Virus record (IMG/VR): IMGVR_UViG_3300009074_000003
From: an uncultured virus (IMG/VR IMGVR_UViG_3300009074_000003)
Lineage: Duplodnaviria > Heunggongvirae > Uroviricota > Caudoviricetes
Direction: 5' to 3' (one strand)
DNA length: 64,000 bases
In this document: positions 8,270 to 18,900 of the stretch, one piece after another
Layout: each line of letters opens with the position of its first letter
Position numbering within the stretch: position 1 is the first letter of the stretch
Made by a program: the position numbers and the translations under genes
Notes under the pieces: generated by a model
Seen by the model: the letters and a program-made list of their open reading frames with translations, nothing else
Database searches by the model: none
Told to the model about the DNA's origin: nothing

Positions 8270-9501
8270 TGGCTCAACAACCTACAGGATTAAATTCACT
8301 TAAGGGCACACCATCAGTTAAACCTCAAAATTCTGGGGTATTTGCAGCTAGGGTAAGACATGCTATGGTGGACGAACAAACTGAAAACAAAGCATTTAAA
8401 GATTTTGGCAATTGGAGTTCTATAGGTTGTTTATTTTTTGATAAATTAAATACCCCAAACCCCAGCCCCCAATTTACAACTGATAACTTTGCAAGACCTT
8501 TATTTCCTAATAATTCTAATATACCTTTAAAAAACGAAATAGTTTACATAATATCATTACCAAACAGTAATGTTCAAGGTGATGTTAATGACCAAACATA
8601 TTATTACTTTCAGGCAATAAATATTTGGAATAGCACACATCATAATGCTATCCCAGATCCTATTAATGGGGAATCAACACCCGCAGCACAATCTCAAGAT
8701 TACGAACAAACAACTGCTGGTTCAATTAGAAGAGTTTCTGATGGTAGTACTGAAATTGATTTAGGTAAAGATTTTAAAGAAAAACTATCTATAAGAAATC
8801 TTCAACCCTATGAAGGTGATTTAATATATCAAGGAAGATGGGGACAATCTCTTAGATTTGGTTCAACTAATAAAGATGCAACAATCCCCAATACATGGTC
8901 TAAATCAGGAGAAAACGGTGATGCTATTACAATAATAAAAAATGGACAACATGAAGAAGATAGTGACCCTTGGATTCCACAAGTAGAAGACATAAACACA
9001 GATAAATCTAGTATTTATTTAACAACTACTCAAGAAGTACCAATTGATTTAGCTAGTAAAAGTTATAAATCATATGCTTCATCACCAACAGCAGCTCCTA
9101 TTTTTAAAGAAGAACAAGTAATTTTAAATTCAGGTAGATTATTATTTAATTCAAAATCAGATTCTATTTTACTTTCATCTTTTGATACTATAAATCTAAA
9201 CTCAGTAAATAGTGTAAATATAGATACCCCAAAAACCATAGTATCATCTCCTGAAATTTATTTAGGTGATAAGGGTGCTACTGAACCCATAATATTAGGT
9301 GATAAGTTTCTTTCAGATTTTTCATCATTAATGACATCATTAATATCATTATGTAGTGCATTAGGAACACCAATTGGTACACCAATTCCTTTTGTCCCTA
9401 ACGCAGCTATCCCAGCTCCTGCTACACAAACACTTGTTAAAGCACAAACAATGCTTAATAAAATTCAAATGTATAAATCTAAAGTAAGTAAATCTAAATA
9501 A
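8269..9501 (+). CDS. Putative baseplate hub/central spike protein (gp5/VgrG-like)
   Basis: OB-fold-like N-terminus (PLKNEIVYI), EGDLIYQGRWGQSLRFGS, repetitive beta-strand C-terminus; baseplate context. Confidence 0.6.
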   Translation: MAQQPTGLNSLKGTPSVKPQNSGVFAARVRHAMVDEQTENKAFKDFGNWSSIGCLFFDKLNTPNPSPQFTTDNFARPLFPNNSNIPLKNEIVYIISLPNSNVQGDVNDQTYYYFQAINIWNSTHHNAIPDPINGESTPAAQSQDYEQTTAGSIRRVSDGSTEIDLGKDFKEKLSIRNLQPYEGDLIYQGRWGQSLRFGSTNKDATIPNTWSKSGENGDAITIIKNGQHEEDSDPWIPQVEDINTDKSSIYLTTTQEVPIDLASKSYKSYASSPTAAPIFKEEQVILNSGRLLFNSKSDSILLSSFDTINLNSVNSVNIDTPKTIVSSPEIYLGDKGATEPIILGDKFLSDFSSLMTSLISLCSALGTPIGTPIPFVPNAAIPAPATQTLVKAQTMLNKIQMYKSKVSKSK

Positions 9502-11153
9502 TGTCGTTTCTATCTAGCCTTCTAATAAAAACAATTACAAAAGTAATTAAAAACTTAACTAAGTTTGAAGTTGCTATTGATGCTCTTATAGATAGATTTA
9601 AGGCATCCTGCCCCCCAAAAGCAGAATTACTAAATATAGTAAAACAAAAAAACCAAATACAGGGAGCTCTTGAAAATGTTGTTGGTGCTTTTAATACTGT
9701 AGAAGCTACAGCTGAAACTACCAATACTATAGTTACTACGGTAAGTACAGCCGTTAAGGTAATAAAAGCCATCCCTATACCAACATCAGTCCCACCAGGT
9801 GTTGGTATTCCTATAAATGTTATTACACTTCTAGCAGATTCTTTAGATACTTTAGGTGATTTATTAAAAGGAGCTAAAGGTGCTCTTAAAGTAGTACCAT
9901 CTGCCGGTAAAACTATACAAGAAGCTGCTCAAACTATAGTTACAAAATTACAAACTTTAGATGGTGTGTTAAATGTTTGCATTGAAGAATTAGCACAAAA
10001 TGGGGGTGAAGATGGTGGGCCTATGACTCAACAAGAAGTAAATGATTTAATTAATGAAATAGGAAATGTAGCAGCTGAATCCGGAAATTTTGTAAACCCA
10101 AACCTAAATACTGCCAATGAAGATGATTTATTATCACAACTAAGCCCTAATAGTGGTAATCCTCTTTTATATCAAAGACAACCTACAATTTTTATTCCAT
10201 TAGACCCTGATGGTAACTACACAAAGGGTGAAATAGACCCAGGATCTGGCCAGCAAATAATTAAAGATGAAAGTGGTAGATTTGGATATAATGCTGGGTT
10301 TGATTGGAGATTAACTATAGAATATAATGATGATAATGAATATTCATTCCCACAAAGAAGAGTAAAAGCAACAAACATAAATCCTTCTAATTTTAATATA
10401 TTTAAAGGAATTAATGTTTATAATATAGGACCACCAATTGGTACTATGGAAGAACGAGGAGCATATTCATATAGTACATCAGTTAAAGTATTAATAGATG
10501 AAGTTAAATTTAATGTTGATTCACTTAATGTTAGATATTGGCAAAATAAATGGGTTCTTGATAATATGGAAGAAGCTGATGATGATGATAGAATAGATGG
10601 TGATGGAAATGTAAGTGGTGGGGGTACAGATGGAAATACAACAGCACCTGGGGGTACAAACCCTCCACCACTACCCCCAGTTACTGTATTACTACCTAAT
10701 GGTGTAACTATGTCTGATTTAGATATTACTTTACCTATTGTACAAAATGGGTCTGGTACTTATTATAAACAAATATTTGTTGAAACCACACAACCTAATA
10801 AATCTGTTTATTTAAAAATAGACACAGGAGGTAATGAAGTTCAAAATCAATACGTTCAAGGAGACTATGGCCAGCCTGAATATGGTAGTTATTTACAAGG
10901 TGAAGTTAAGGTAAGAATTGATTCAAATTTTAATAACGCCGGTAGTGGTGAAGATGGAAATGTAGTAACAGTGAAAACCGTAGATCGAGAAGCTATAGAA
11001 GTTAAAATTCAATATGCTGAACCCGGGCAATATTTACTTAAATACACAGTTGTATTTAAAGATTATGATCCACCTGGGTTTACAAAAGAAATCCAATCTA
11101 ATCAGGGGGGAATAATTTCTCTATCAACTGGAAGTTTCTTTGAAGGAGATTAA
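9501..11153 (+). CDS. Hypothetical structural protein (helical N-terminus, beta-rich C-terminus after a Pro/Gly linker)
   Basis: 550-aa ORF coupled by TAATG to the upstream gene. Confidence 0.6.
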   Translation: MSFLSSLLIKTITKVIKNLTKFEVAIDALIDRFKASCPPKAELLNIVKQKNQIQGALENVVGAFNTVEATAETTNTIVTTVSTAVKVIKAIPIPTSVPPGVGIPINVITLLADSLDTLGDLLKGAKGALKVVPSAGKTIQEAAQTIVTKLQTLDGVLNVCIEELAQNGGEDGGPMTQQEVNDLINEIGNVAAESGNFVNPNLNTANEDDLLSQLSPNSGNPLLYQRQPTIFIPLDPDGNYTKGEIDPGSGQQIIKDESGRFGYNAGFDWRLTIEYNDDNEYSFPQRRVKATNINPSNFNIFKGINVYNIGPPIGTMEERGAYSYSTSVKVLIDEVKFNVDSLNVRYWQNKWVLDNMEEADDDDRIDGDGNVSGGGTDGNTTAPGGTNPPPLPPVTVLLPNGVTMSDLDITLPIVQNGSGTYYKQIFVETTQPNKSVYLKIDTGGNEVQNQYVQGDYGQPEYGSYLQGEVKVRIDSNFNNAGSGEDGNVVTVKTVDREAIEVKIQYAEPGQYLLKYTVVFKDYDPPGFTKEIQSNQGGIISLSTGSFFEGD

Positions 11154-11185
11154 AAAATTTAATAATTTAATATTTATAATAAAAA

Positions 11186-11530
11186 ATGAAGTCATCACAA
11201 TTAAAAACTCTAATTAAAGAATCAGTAAAAGAAGCAATTCAAGAAGAATTGAAGGAAATTTTACTGGAAGCTGTTAAGACTCCAAAAGTTACAACTATAG
11301 CATCAGTACCTCATCAAACTGTTGTAGAGCAACAAACTCCACAACAACCTGTTATGAGTGCGGAAGAAAAAAGATCAGCATATTCAAATATATTAGGTGA
11401 TATGAGCGGACAATTTACATCAGCTCAAGTACAACCTAAATTTAACCCACAAGGCGGAGATGCAATTAATGGATCATTACCCCCAGGTGAAGTTGATATG
11501 GCACAAATATCAGGATTGTTAAAAAAATAA
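11186..11530 (+). CDS. Hypothetical protein with an MKxSxLKxxIKE-type leader
   Basis: TATTTATA at 11171-11178; N-terminus resembles the ORFs at 35117 and 46644. Confidence 0.65.
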   Translation: MKSSQLKTLIKESVKEAIQEELKEILLEAVKTPKVTTIASVPHQTVVEQQTPQQPVMSAEEKRSAYSNILGDMSGQFTSAQVQPKFNPQGGDAINGSLPPGEVDMAQISGLLKK

Positions 11531-11534
11531 ATAA

Positions 11535-11942
11535 ATGGCAAGAATTTTACAAAACAGATTTCCAATTGACTCAGTAGGCCGTAAAGCTGTTGGGTTTGGA
11601 TTTCCCTTAAATGGGCCTGCTGTTTTTGTACCTACATTTACAACTAGAGAGCAAACAAAATCCAATTTAATCAATTATTTATTAACCAATAGAGGAGAAA
11701 GAGTATTTAATCCTATGTTTGGGGCAGATTTAAGAAATTTATTATTTGAAAATGTTTTAGATCGAACAACCGACGAATTACAAGAACGAATACAAAATGA
11801 TATTAAAAATTATTTCCCACAAGTAGATATAAAAGAAATTCTATTTGATAATCAACCTGATAGAAATACTATAAGTTTTACATTAACATATACTGTAGCA
11901 AACTTTGGGATAACTGATGACATAACTATATTACTACAATAA
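11535..11942 (+). CDS. Baseplate wedge protein, gp25/GPW family
   Basis: NLINYLLTNRGERVFNPMFGADLRNLLFE motif. Confidence 0.88.
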   Translation: MARILQNRFPIDSVGRKAVGFGFPLNGPAVFVPTFTTREQTKSNLINYLLTNRGERVFNPMFGADLRNLLFENVLDRTTDELQERIQNDIKNYFPQVDIKEILFDNQPDRNTISFTLTYTVANFGITDDITILLQ

Positions 11943-13804
11943 TGGCAGATTTAAAACGAGACATAAGATATATTAATAAAGATTTCAACCAATTTAGAAA
12001 TTCTTTAATACAATATTCAAAAACATATTTCCCTAATACCTATAATGATTTTACAGATACCTCTACAGGTATGTTGTTTATGGAAATGGCATCTTATGTA
12101 GGTGATGTGTTATCTTTTTATTTAGATAACCAAATACAAGAAACATTTATTCAAAAAGCAAGACAGCAGGAAAATTTATACCAAATGGCTTACTTATTAG
12201 GATATACTCCTAAAGTAACAACAGCAGCTAGTGTAAATCTTGACTTTTACCAACAAGTACCAGCTATATTAGAAAGTGGTGAATATGTTCCAGATTACAA
12301 CTATGCCATGATTATTCCAGAAAATACTCAAATTACTTCTAATTTAGACAGTAATATAAAGTTTTTAATTGAAGATGTAATTGACTTCTCAGCATCAGGA
12401 TCATTAAATCCTACAACTACATCAGTATATCAAATTTCAGGTAATAACCCAACATATTTCTTATTAAAGAAAACAAGAAAAGCAATATCTGCAACTATTA
12501 ATACAACATCATTTACATTTAATGCCTCAAAAAGATTTGATGAAAGAAATATTAAAGATACTAATATTATAGGCATATTAGACTGCGTAGATACAGATGG
12601 CAATACCTGGTATGAAGTGCCCAATATGGCGCAAGAAAACGTATATGATACGATTAGAAACACAAATACAAATGACCCACAATTCAATATAGAAGAAGAT
12701 GCTCCATATTTACTTAGATTAAAACAAGTGCAAAGAAGATTTGTATCACGTTTTATAGACTCAGGGTCATTACAAATTCAATTTGGAGCGGGGGCAACAA
12801 CAAATAATGATGAGCAAATAGTTCCAAACCCAGATAATGTAGGTTTAGGATTGTCATTTGAAAGAGATCAATTAACAACTGCTTTTTCACCTTTAAATTT
12901 TATATTTACAAATACTTATGGTATTGCTCCATATAATACAACTTTAAATTTTAGATATCTAACAGGAGGGGGAATTGGATCTAATGTTGAAGCTGGTACT
13001 TTAACTGTATTAGATGATACTAATTTTACATTTGTAAACCCCAACCTACCAGATACAGCATTAGCAAATCAAATATTTAAATCAGTTTCTTCAAATAATG
13101 AATTAGCAGCTGATGGGGGTCAAGATGGTGATACTGTTGAAGAATTAAGATTAAATGCTGTTGGTAACTTCCAAAATCAATTACGTACTGTAACAAAAGA
13201 AGATTATTTAATAAGAGCTTTATCTATGCCTTCTAATTTGGGTACTATAGCAAAAGCATACGCAGCCCCAGTAAAAATAAATGAATTTCAACCTGGTGAA
13301 TTACCTACAATGTTAGATTTATTTGTTTTAACATATGATGCTAATGGTAATTTAAGAACAGCTTCACCTTTAATGAAACAAAATTTACAAACTTACTTAG
13401 CAGAGTATAGAATGATTAATGATTCTGTTAAAATTAAAGATGCTTTTATTATTAATATAGAAGTAATATTTGATATTATAGTATTACCTAATTTTAATAA
13501 TAATGAAACTATTACTAAATGTATAACATCATTAACTAATTTCTTTGCAGTAGATAATTGGCAGATTAATCAACCTATTTTACTTAATAATTTATATATT
13601 CTTTTAGATAAAGTAGAAGGAGTCCAAACTGTAAAAAATATAACAGTAAATAATTTATCAGGAGTATCTTTGGGGTATAGTGATTATGCATATGACATCC
13701 CAGGAGCAACTGTAAATGATGTTGTGTATCCTTCAATAGACCCAATGATATTTGAAATTAAATATCCTAATACTGACATTAAAGGTAGAGTAGTACCACT
13801 ATAA
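11942..13804 (+). CDS. Baseplate wedge subunit, T4 gp6-like
   Basis: DFNQFRNSL, SYVGDVLSFYLD, AYLLGY, GG-x-DG-x-TVEELR and QLRTVTKEDY motifs. Confidence 0.88.
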   Translation: MADLKRDIRYINKDFNQFRNSLIQYSKTYFPNTYNDFTDTSTGMLFMEMASYVGDVLSFYLDNQIQETFIQKARQQENLYQMAYLLGYTPKVTTAASVNLDFYQQVPAILESGEYVPDYNYAMIIPENTQITSNLDSNIKFLIEDVIDFSASGSLNPTTTSVYQISGNNPTYFLLKKTRKAISATINTTSFTFNASKRFDERNIKDTNIIGILDCVDTDGNTWYEVPNMAQENVYDTIRNTNTNDPQFNIEEDAPYLLRLKQVQRRFVSRFIDSGSLQIQFGAGATTNNDEQIVPNPDNVGLGLSFERDQLTTAFSPLNFIFTNTYGIAPYNTTLNFRYLTGGGIGSNVEAGTLTVLDDTNFTFVNPNLPDTALANQIFKSVSSNNELAADGGQDGDTVEELRLNAVGNFQNQLRTVTKEDYLIRALSMPSNLGTIAKAYAAPVKINEFQPGELPTMLDLFVLTYDANGNLRTASPLMKQNLQTYLAEYRMINDSVKIKDAFIINIEVIFDIIVLPNFNNNETITKCITSLTNFFAVDNWQINQPILLNNLYILLDKVEGVQTVKNITVNNLSGVSLGYSDYAYDIPGATVNDVVYPSIDPMIFEIKYPNTDIKGRVVPL

Positions 13805-13814
13805 AATAAAAAAA

Positions 13815-14402
13815 ATGGCAATCGGAACAAATAATTTAGATAGAGCAATAGAAGAAAGAATTAGGAAAGGTCCAAAACAATCCTTAAGAGATAGTTTTAA
13901 TAAAACTAATTTAGACACCCAAAACCCAGAACCTGAAGGAGGTCCAATTAATGATCCTGTTATTGTTGTAGATGGTATGACAGCTGGGAGTGGATTTGAA
14001 CAAGTTTATTCAGCACAAAATCCATATTTACAAGATTCTAGAACAAATCAAAATTCTATTTTGTATGAAAATGGTATAACACCTGAAGATAGCACATCCC
14101 CCGCTCTTAAAATTACTGCTTTAGATATAGAATCAAGTGAAGCTGGAGTAAGACAAGGAGGATCAGGAGGTCCTAATAGAATAGCACCCAATAAACTTAA
14201 TACCGTTGGTCAAGATGGTACATATCAATTAAAACAATATCCATCTACTAAAAATAATTTTACTCCTAACCCAACAAGTGGTACTCCTTTAAAGAATAAA
14301 GAAGGCGAAAATGTTCCAAATCAGGAAGTACAAGCATATACTCCACAAAATACTTATATGGATTATATGGTGGAACAAAAATCAAAAAACGATAATATAT
14401 AA
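13815..14402 (+). CDS. Hypothetical protein, probably largely disordered
   Basis: 195-aa ORF in the baseplate operon. Confidence 0.6.
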   Translation: MAIGTNNLDRAIEERIRKGPKQSLRDSFNKTNLDTQNPEPEGGPINDPVIVVDGMTAGSGFEQVYSAQNPYLQDSRTNQNSILYENGITPEDSTSPALKITALDIESSEAGVRQGGSGGPNRIAPNKLNTVGQDGTYQLKQYPSTKNNFTPNPTSGTPLKNKEGENVPNQEVQAYTPQNTYMDYMVEQKSKNDNI

Positions 14403-14405
14403 GAT

Positions 14406-15548
14406 ATGGCTATTTATAAAATTTTTCCTGAAAAAGATGCAACTTTATACACTGAATTCCCAAATAAAAATACAGGATTAGATCAGATTATTGAGGCATC
14501 AACTTATCAAGCAAATGCTACAGCACAGGTTAGTAGATATTTAATTAAATTTCCTACAAGTCAAATTGCTGAGATGTATAATGATAAAATCATAAATGGA
14601 GAATATAAAGCATATTTAAGAAACTTTAATGCTGTAGTAACAGGGTTAAATTTAGATCAAAAATTAGAATTTTATCCTGTTAGTGGAAATTGGGGTATGG
14701 GAACAGGAAGATATAATGATTCCCCAATAGTAACTAATGGTACTAGTTGGAACTGGTTAGATTATTCAGGATCTGTAGAGTGGCCCTCATCAGGGTTTTC
14801 TCCTTATGTAACAGCTTCATATAACTCATCTTTAGAAGGTGGAGGAAATTGGTATACAGGTTCTAATTTAACTTTAGACCCCGTAACACAATCCCAAGCT
14901 TTTACTTATGCTGATACAAAAGATATTCTTGTTGATGTATCAAAAACAGTTGAAACTTGGTACAGTTACTCATTAAATAATGTTAATGGGTTTGCTAATG
15001 AAGGATTTTTAGTAAAACAACCTTCAGGAAGTGAATTTATTAATACTAAAGCGAACAACACAATTTTTAGATTTTTTTCAATTGATACTAATACAATCTA
15101 TCCCCCACAATTAGAATTTAGATTTAATGATTATATTTTTAATACTGGATCTTCTAAAAATACTATATTACCCCAAGTAGAAAGTTTTGTTTCTATTTAT
15201 AACAATCTCGGTACATACTATTCAGAAAGTATTCCTAGATTAAGATTTGCGGCTATGCCCAAGTATCCAGATAGAGCATTTTTAACAGCCTCTCTCTATA
15301 CAACTAATTATTTTCTTCCAGAAAGTCAATCATTATATGCTATTAAAGATACAGAAACTAATGAATTTGTAATTGATTTTGATCCTGAATACACAAGGAT
15401 TAGTGCTGATGATACTTCAAGTTACTTTGATTTATATTGTAATGGTTTAGAACCTGAAAGATATTATACAATTTTAGTTAAAACATCAATAAGTGGTGAA
15501 GTAAAAGTTTTCGATGAAAATATTATGTTTAAGGTAGCAAAAGGATGA
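14406..15548 (+). CDS. Hypothetical structural protein (beta-sandwich-like)
   Basis: 380-aa ORF; KDATLY...NTG, SRYLIKF and FFSIDTNTIYPPQLE; in the baseplate operon. Confidence 0.6.
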   Translation: MAIYKIFPEKDATLYTEFPNKNTGLDQIIEASTYQANATAQVSRYLIKFPTSQIAEMYNDKIINGEYKAYLRNFNAVVTGLNLDQKLEFYPVSGNWGMGTGRYNDSPIVTNGTSWNWLDYSGSVEWPSSGFSPYVTASYNSSLEGGGNWYTGSNLTLDPVTQSQAFTYADTKDILVDVSKTVETWYSYSLNNVNGFANEGFLVKQPSGSEFINTKANNTIFRFFSIDTNTIYPPQLEFRFNDYIFNTGSSKNTILPQVESFVSIYNNLGTYYSESIPRLRFAAMPKYPDRAFLTASLYTTNYFLPESQSLYAIKDTETNEFVIDFDPEYTRISADDTSSYFDLYCNGLEPERYYTILVKTSISGEVKVFDENIMFKVAKG

Positions 15549-15910
15549 CAAATAAAAAAAATATAAAATTAATACGACAAGTATTTGATAAGGAAGCTTT
15601 TAATAATACTATAGATACAAATTTTACACAATTAACATCTGTAGATGATCCATCATTTTTTGATGTTAATTTGGCTACTCAAGAGGATTTTTGGATATTG
15701 TATGGTAAGTTTTTTTATGAAATACCTAAAGATGGTGAGGTTAACTCACATGAATATTTAGTACAAACTAGTGGAGATTTTATTGATTATGCTCCACAAA
15801 GGGAAGAAATAGAATCATTATTAGCAGAAATAGCAGAATTAAGAACAGAAAATTTAGAAGTAAGACAAGAGATTGCTCAAATAATCCAAGATTTTGCGGA
15901 TAATCAATAA
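15545..15910 (+). CDS. Hypothetical protein with a C-terminal coiled coil
   Basis: 121 aa, ATGA overlap with the upstream gene. Confidence 0.6.
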   Translation: MTNKKNIKLIRQVFDKEAFNNTIDTNFTQLTSVDDPSFFDVNLATQEDFWILYGKFFYEIPKDGEVNSHEYLVQTSGDFIDYAPQREEIESLLAEIAELRTENLEVRQEIAQIIQDFADNQ

Positions 15911-15921
15911 TATAATAGTTA

Positions 15922-18900
15922 ATGGAATATAAATTTGATGAATTAAAAGAAATGTCTAAAGCATTAGGTACAGATTATAAAAGCAATCTCGAAAGAGATG
16001 CTGTTGTAACTCCTATAACTAATGATAGGGAAAATAATATTAATATTAGCTCTTCCTGCATTCAAATACCAGCATCTACAGTTGTTAGTATGGGGTATGA
16101 TTTTGCTGAATCTGAAATTATCCCAAGTGAAGACATATCAGGTTCATTTTTTCAAAGTGGGAGTATAATTGAATTTTATACTTATAGTACTACAAAAACC
16201 TTATTATCTCAAGATTATAACTTTACTGATTATACAATTGAAGAGAATACAGCAATTGCTGATACTTCAGATGCAACTTCTTATACAAACAGTCAAGGTG
16301 TTGCTGTAGTTAATACAGGATCTGCTTCTATCCCAACAAATAATATTACATTACAACCTACATTAGATTTATACGATAGAGGATTTGATAATGGTGAGTT
16401 ATTTGCTGTGTATAATTTTATTAATTATGAATTAGCCTCATCAACAACTCAAACATTTTATATATCTGAAATATCAGGAGATAGAACAGAAATAAGAATA
16501 AAATCTAATGCAATATCTGCTGTAGATATTAAAAATGGTTTTGCTTCATTAAAAGATAAATTAAACTCAACTGAATATTTTGATGAATTTTATTTAAGTT
16601 TTTATCAAAATAATTATGTAGTTGCTGTTAATATTGCATTAGAATCTACTCCTGAAAAGGCATTAGATCCTTCTATATTAATTAAATTATATGAACCATT
16701 ACCTGCTAATTATAATGTTGAACAGAGATTATATGTTGCAACTAAAGTAGGAGAAACAGTAGCCTATAAAGTAGAATTTATTCAAGATTTTTCAAATTTT
16801 ATAGATAATGCAAATTACATTAAAGGTCCTAATGTTAATATTCCCCTTCAAGATTTAGTTAATAATTCAACAACTTTAAAATCTTATGAAGATTTAACAA
16901 AAACCGAATCATCATCATCATTAGATAGTGTTTTAAATTATTTAAACCAAACTGGGGTAACAATCACTCCTAACTACTCATACAACACGTTTGATGAATA
17001 TATTAATTTTTCTTCAGCAAAACAGAGAATTAATAATTTTTATGAAAAAGTATCTCAAATACAATCATACCAATCTGACATTGATACTATCACAACAATA
17101 ACAGGATCAAATCCTAATGTAATAGAAATATCTCAGAGTTTATCAAGTCTACAAACTAATATTACAAATTTAGTTTCAAATTTTGATGGGTATGAAAGTT
17201 ATCTTTATTATAATTCATCATCTTTTGCATATCCAAAAACTGGATCATCATATCCTTATTCCCTGTTACCAACAGGAAGTACAGAGGTATTAACATGGAT
17301 GGGTAGTGATGTTGAAAATTCCCAATACTATGGAGGTTATGTATTATCAGCATCTTTATATGATGAAGATAATCAAAACTGGTTGTATTATACTATACCA
17401 ACTTTTATAACAGAAAATTCAGACAATAATGAATATGTAGAATTTTCTAATATGGTGGGTCAATCTTTTGATGAAGTATGGTTATATACTAAAGCATTAA
17501 GTGAAAGATATAACACTACTAATGACCCAGAATCTGGATTGCCTTTAGATTTAGCTGCTGATGCTATAAAAGGTTTAGGATTTGAAACTTTTGGAAATAA
17601 TTATGACAACCAAGATAATTTTATAGGGTTAACAGGTGAAGATAATGGGATTTATGTTCCACCAACAGGAAGTGAATTAATTACAGATTATGTAGCTGTA
17701 AATAATGGTAAAATAATAAATTACTGGAATTTAGGGTATTCATGGCTTAATTATGTAGAACAACTAATAGAACCAGGATTCCCATATGCTATTGATAAAG
17801 TAAGTAAAGAAATATATAAACGTCTTTACCACAATATGGCTTATCTTACTAAGAAAAAAGGTACAATTAGTGGTTTAAGACAATTAATTAATATTTGGGG
17901 TATTCCAAATACAATACTTCGAATTAATGAATTTGGGGGTAAAAATAAGGACAACTCAGATGATTATGATTTATGGTATAAACGTTATAGTTACGCGTAT
18001 ACACCAGTTGCCAACCAATATATGGCAAGTTCGTCGGTTAAAGTACCTTGGATGCCATTACAACGTAATAAGATAGATAGTAATGAGTATATAGTACCTG
18101 ATGGTCTTGCTTTTAGATTTAAAACTACAGGACACCCATCATCAAGTTATGGAGGTAAATTTTATAGCCAATCTTTAGCCGTTAAAAAATCAAATGGAAC
18201 TAATGATCAACAAATGGATTGGGGTATTGGTTTATTTTATGAAGACCAACCATCAGGATCATATTCTGGGTCTAGTTTTAGTGATTATTACAACTATGGT
18301 AAATTAAGATTTTATATGTCTGCCTCTCAACCCGATGGGGGAGTACAAATATCAGATGATATTGAATTACCATTTTTTGATGGAGGGTGGTGGAGTGTTT
18401 TACTACAAAGAGACCAACACGTAAGTGCTAGTACTAATGACACACCAACAACATATACTTTATTTGTAGCTAATAAGCAAGTAGATGGTTGGGATGGAAA
18501 TTCATTAGGATGGTCAGGATCAGTAAGTATGTCTTCAGCAAATATAGCTTTCAACTCAGGATATGGAGGAGGAACTTATGATAGTGTAGAATATGATTTA
18601 CCAGAAGCTGTACATCCTACAATAAATGAATCTTGGAATAGTTTTGGAGTTACAGAATATGATGGTGTTTATGTTGGGGGGTATGTTTCAGGTTCAGATG
18701 TAATGACTGAAGTCTTAAATGAAGGAGCCAAAATATTTTCAGGATCTTTTCAAGAATTTAGATATTATTCTAACAATATTTCAAAAGAAGTATTTAATGA
18801 TTTTGTAATGAATCCTGAATCCGTTGAAGGTAATAATGTTACAGGATCAGAATCATCATTTGATATTATTAACTTTAGAGCACCTTTAGGAAATGAATTA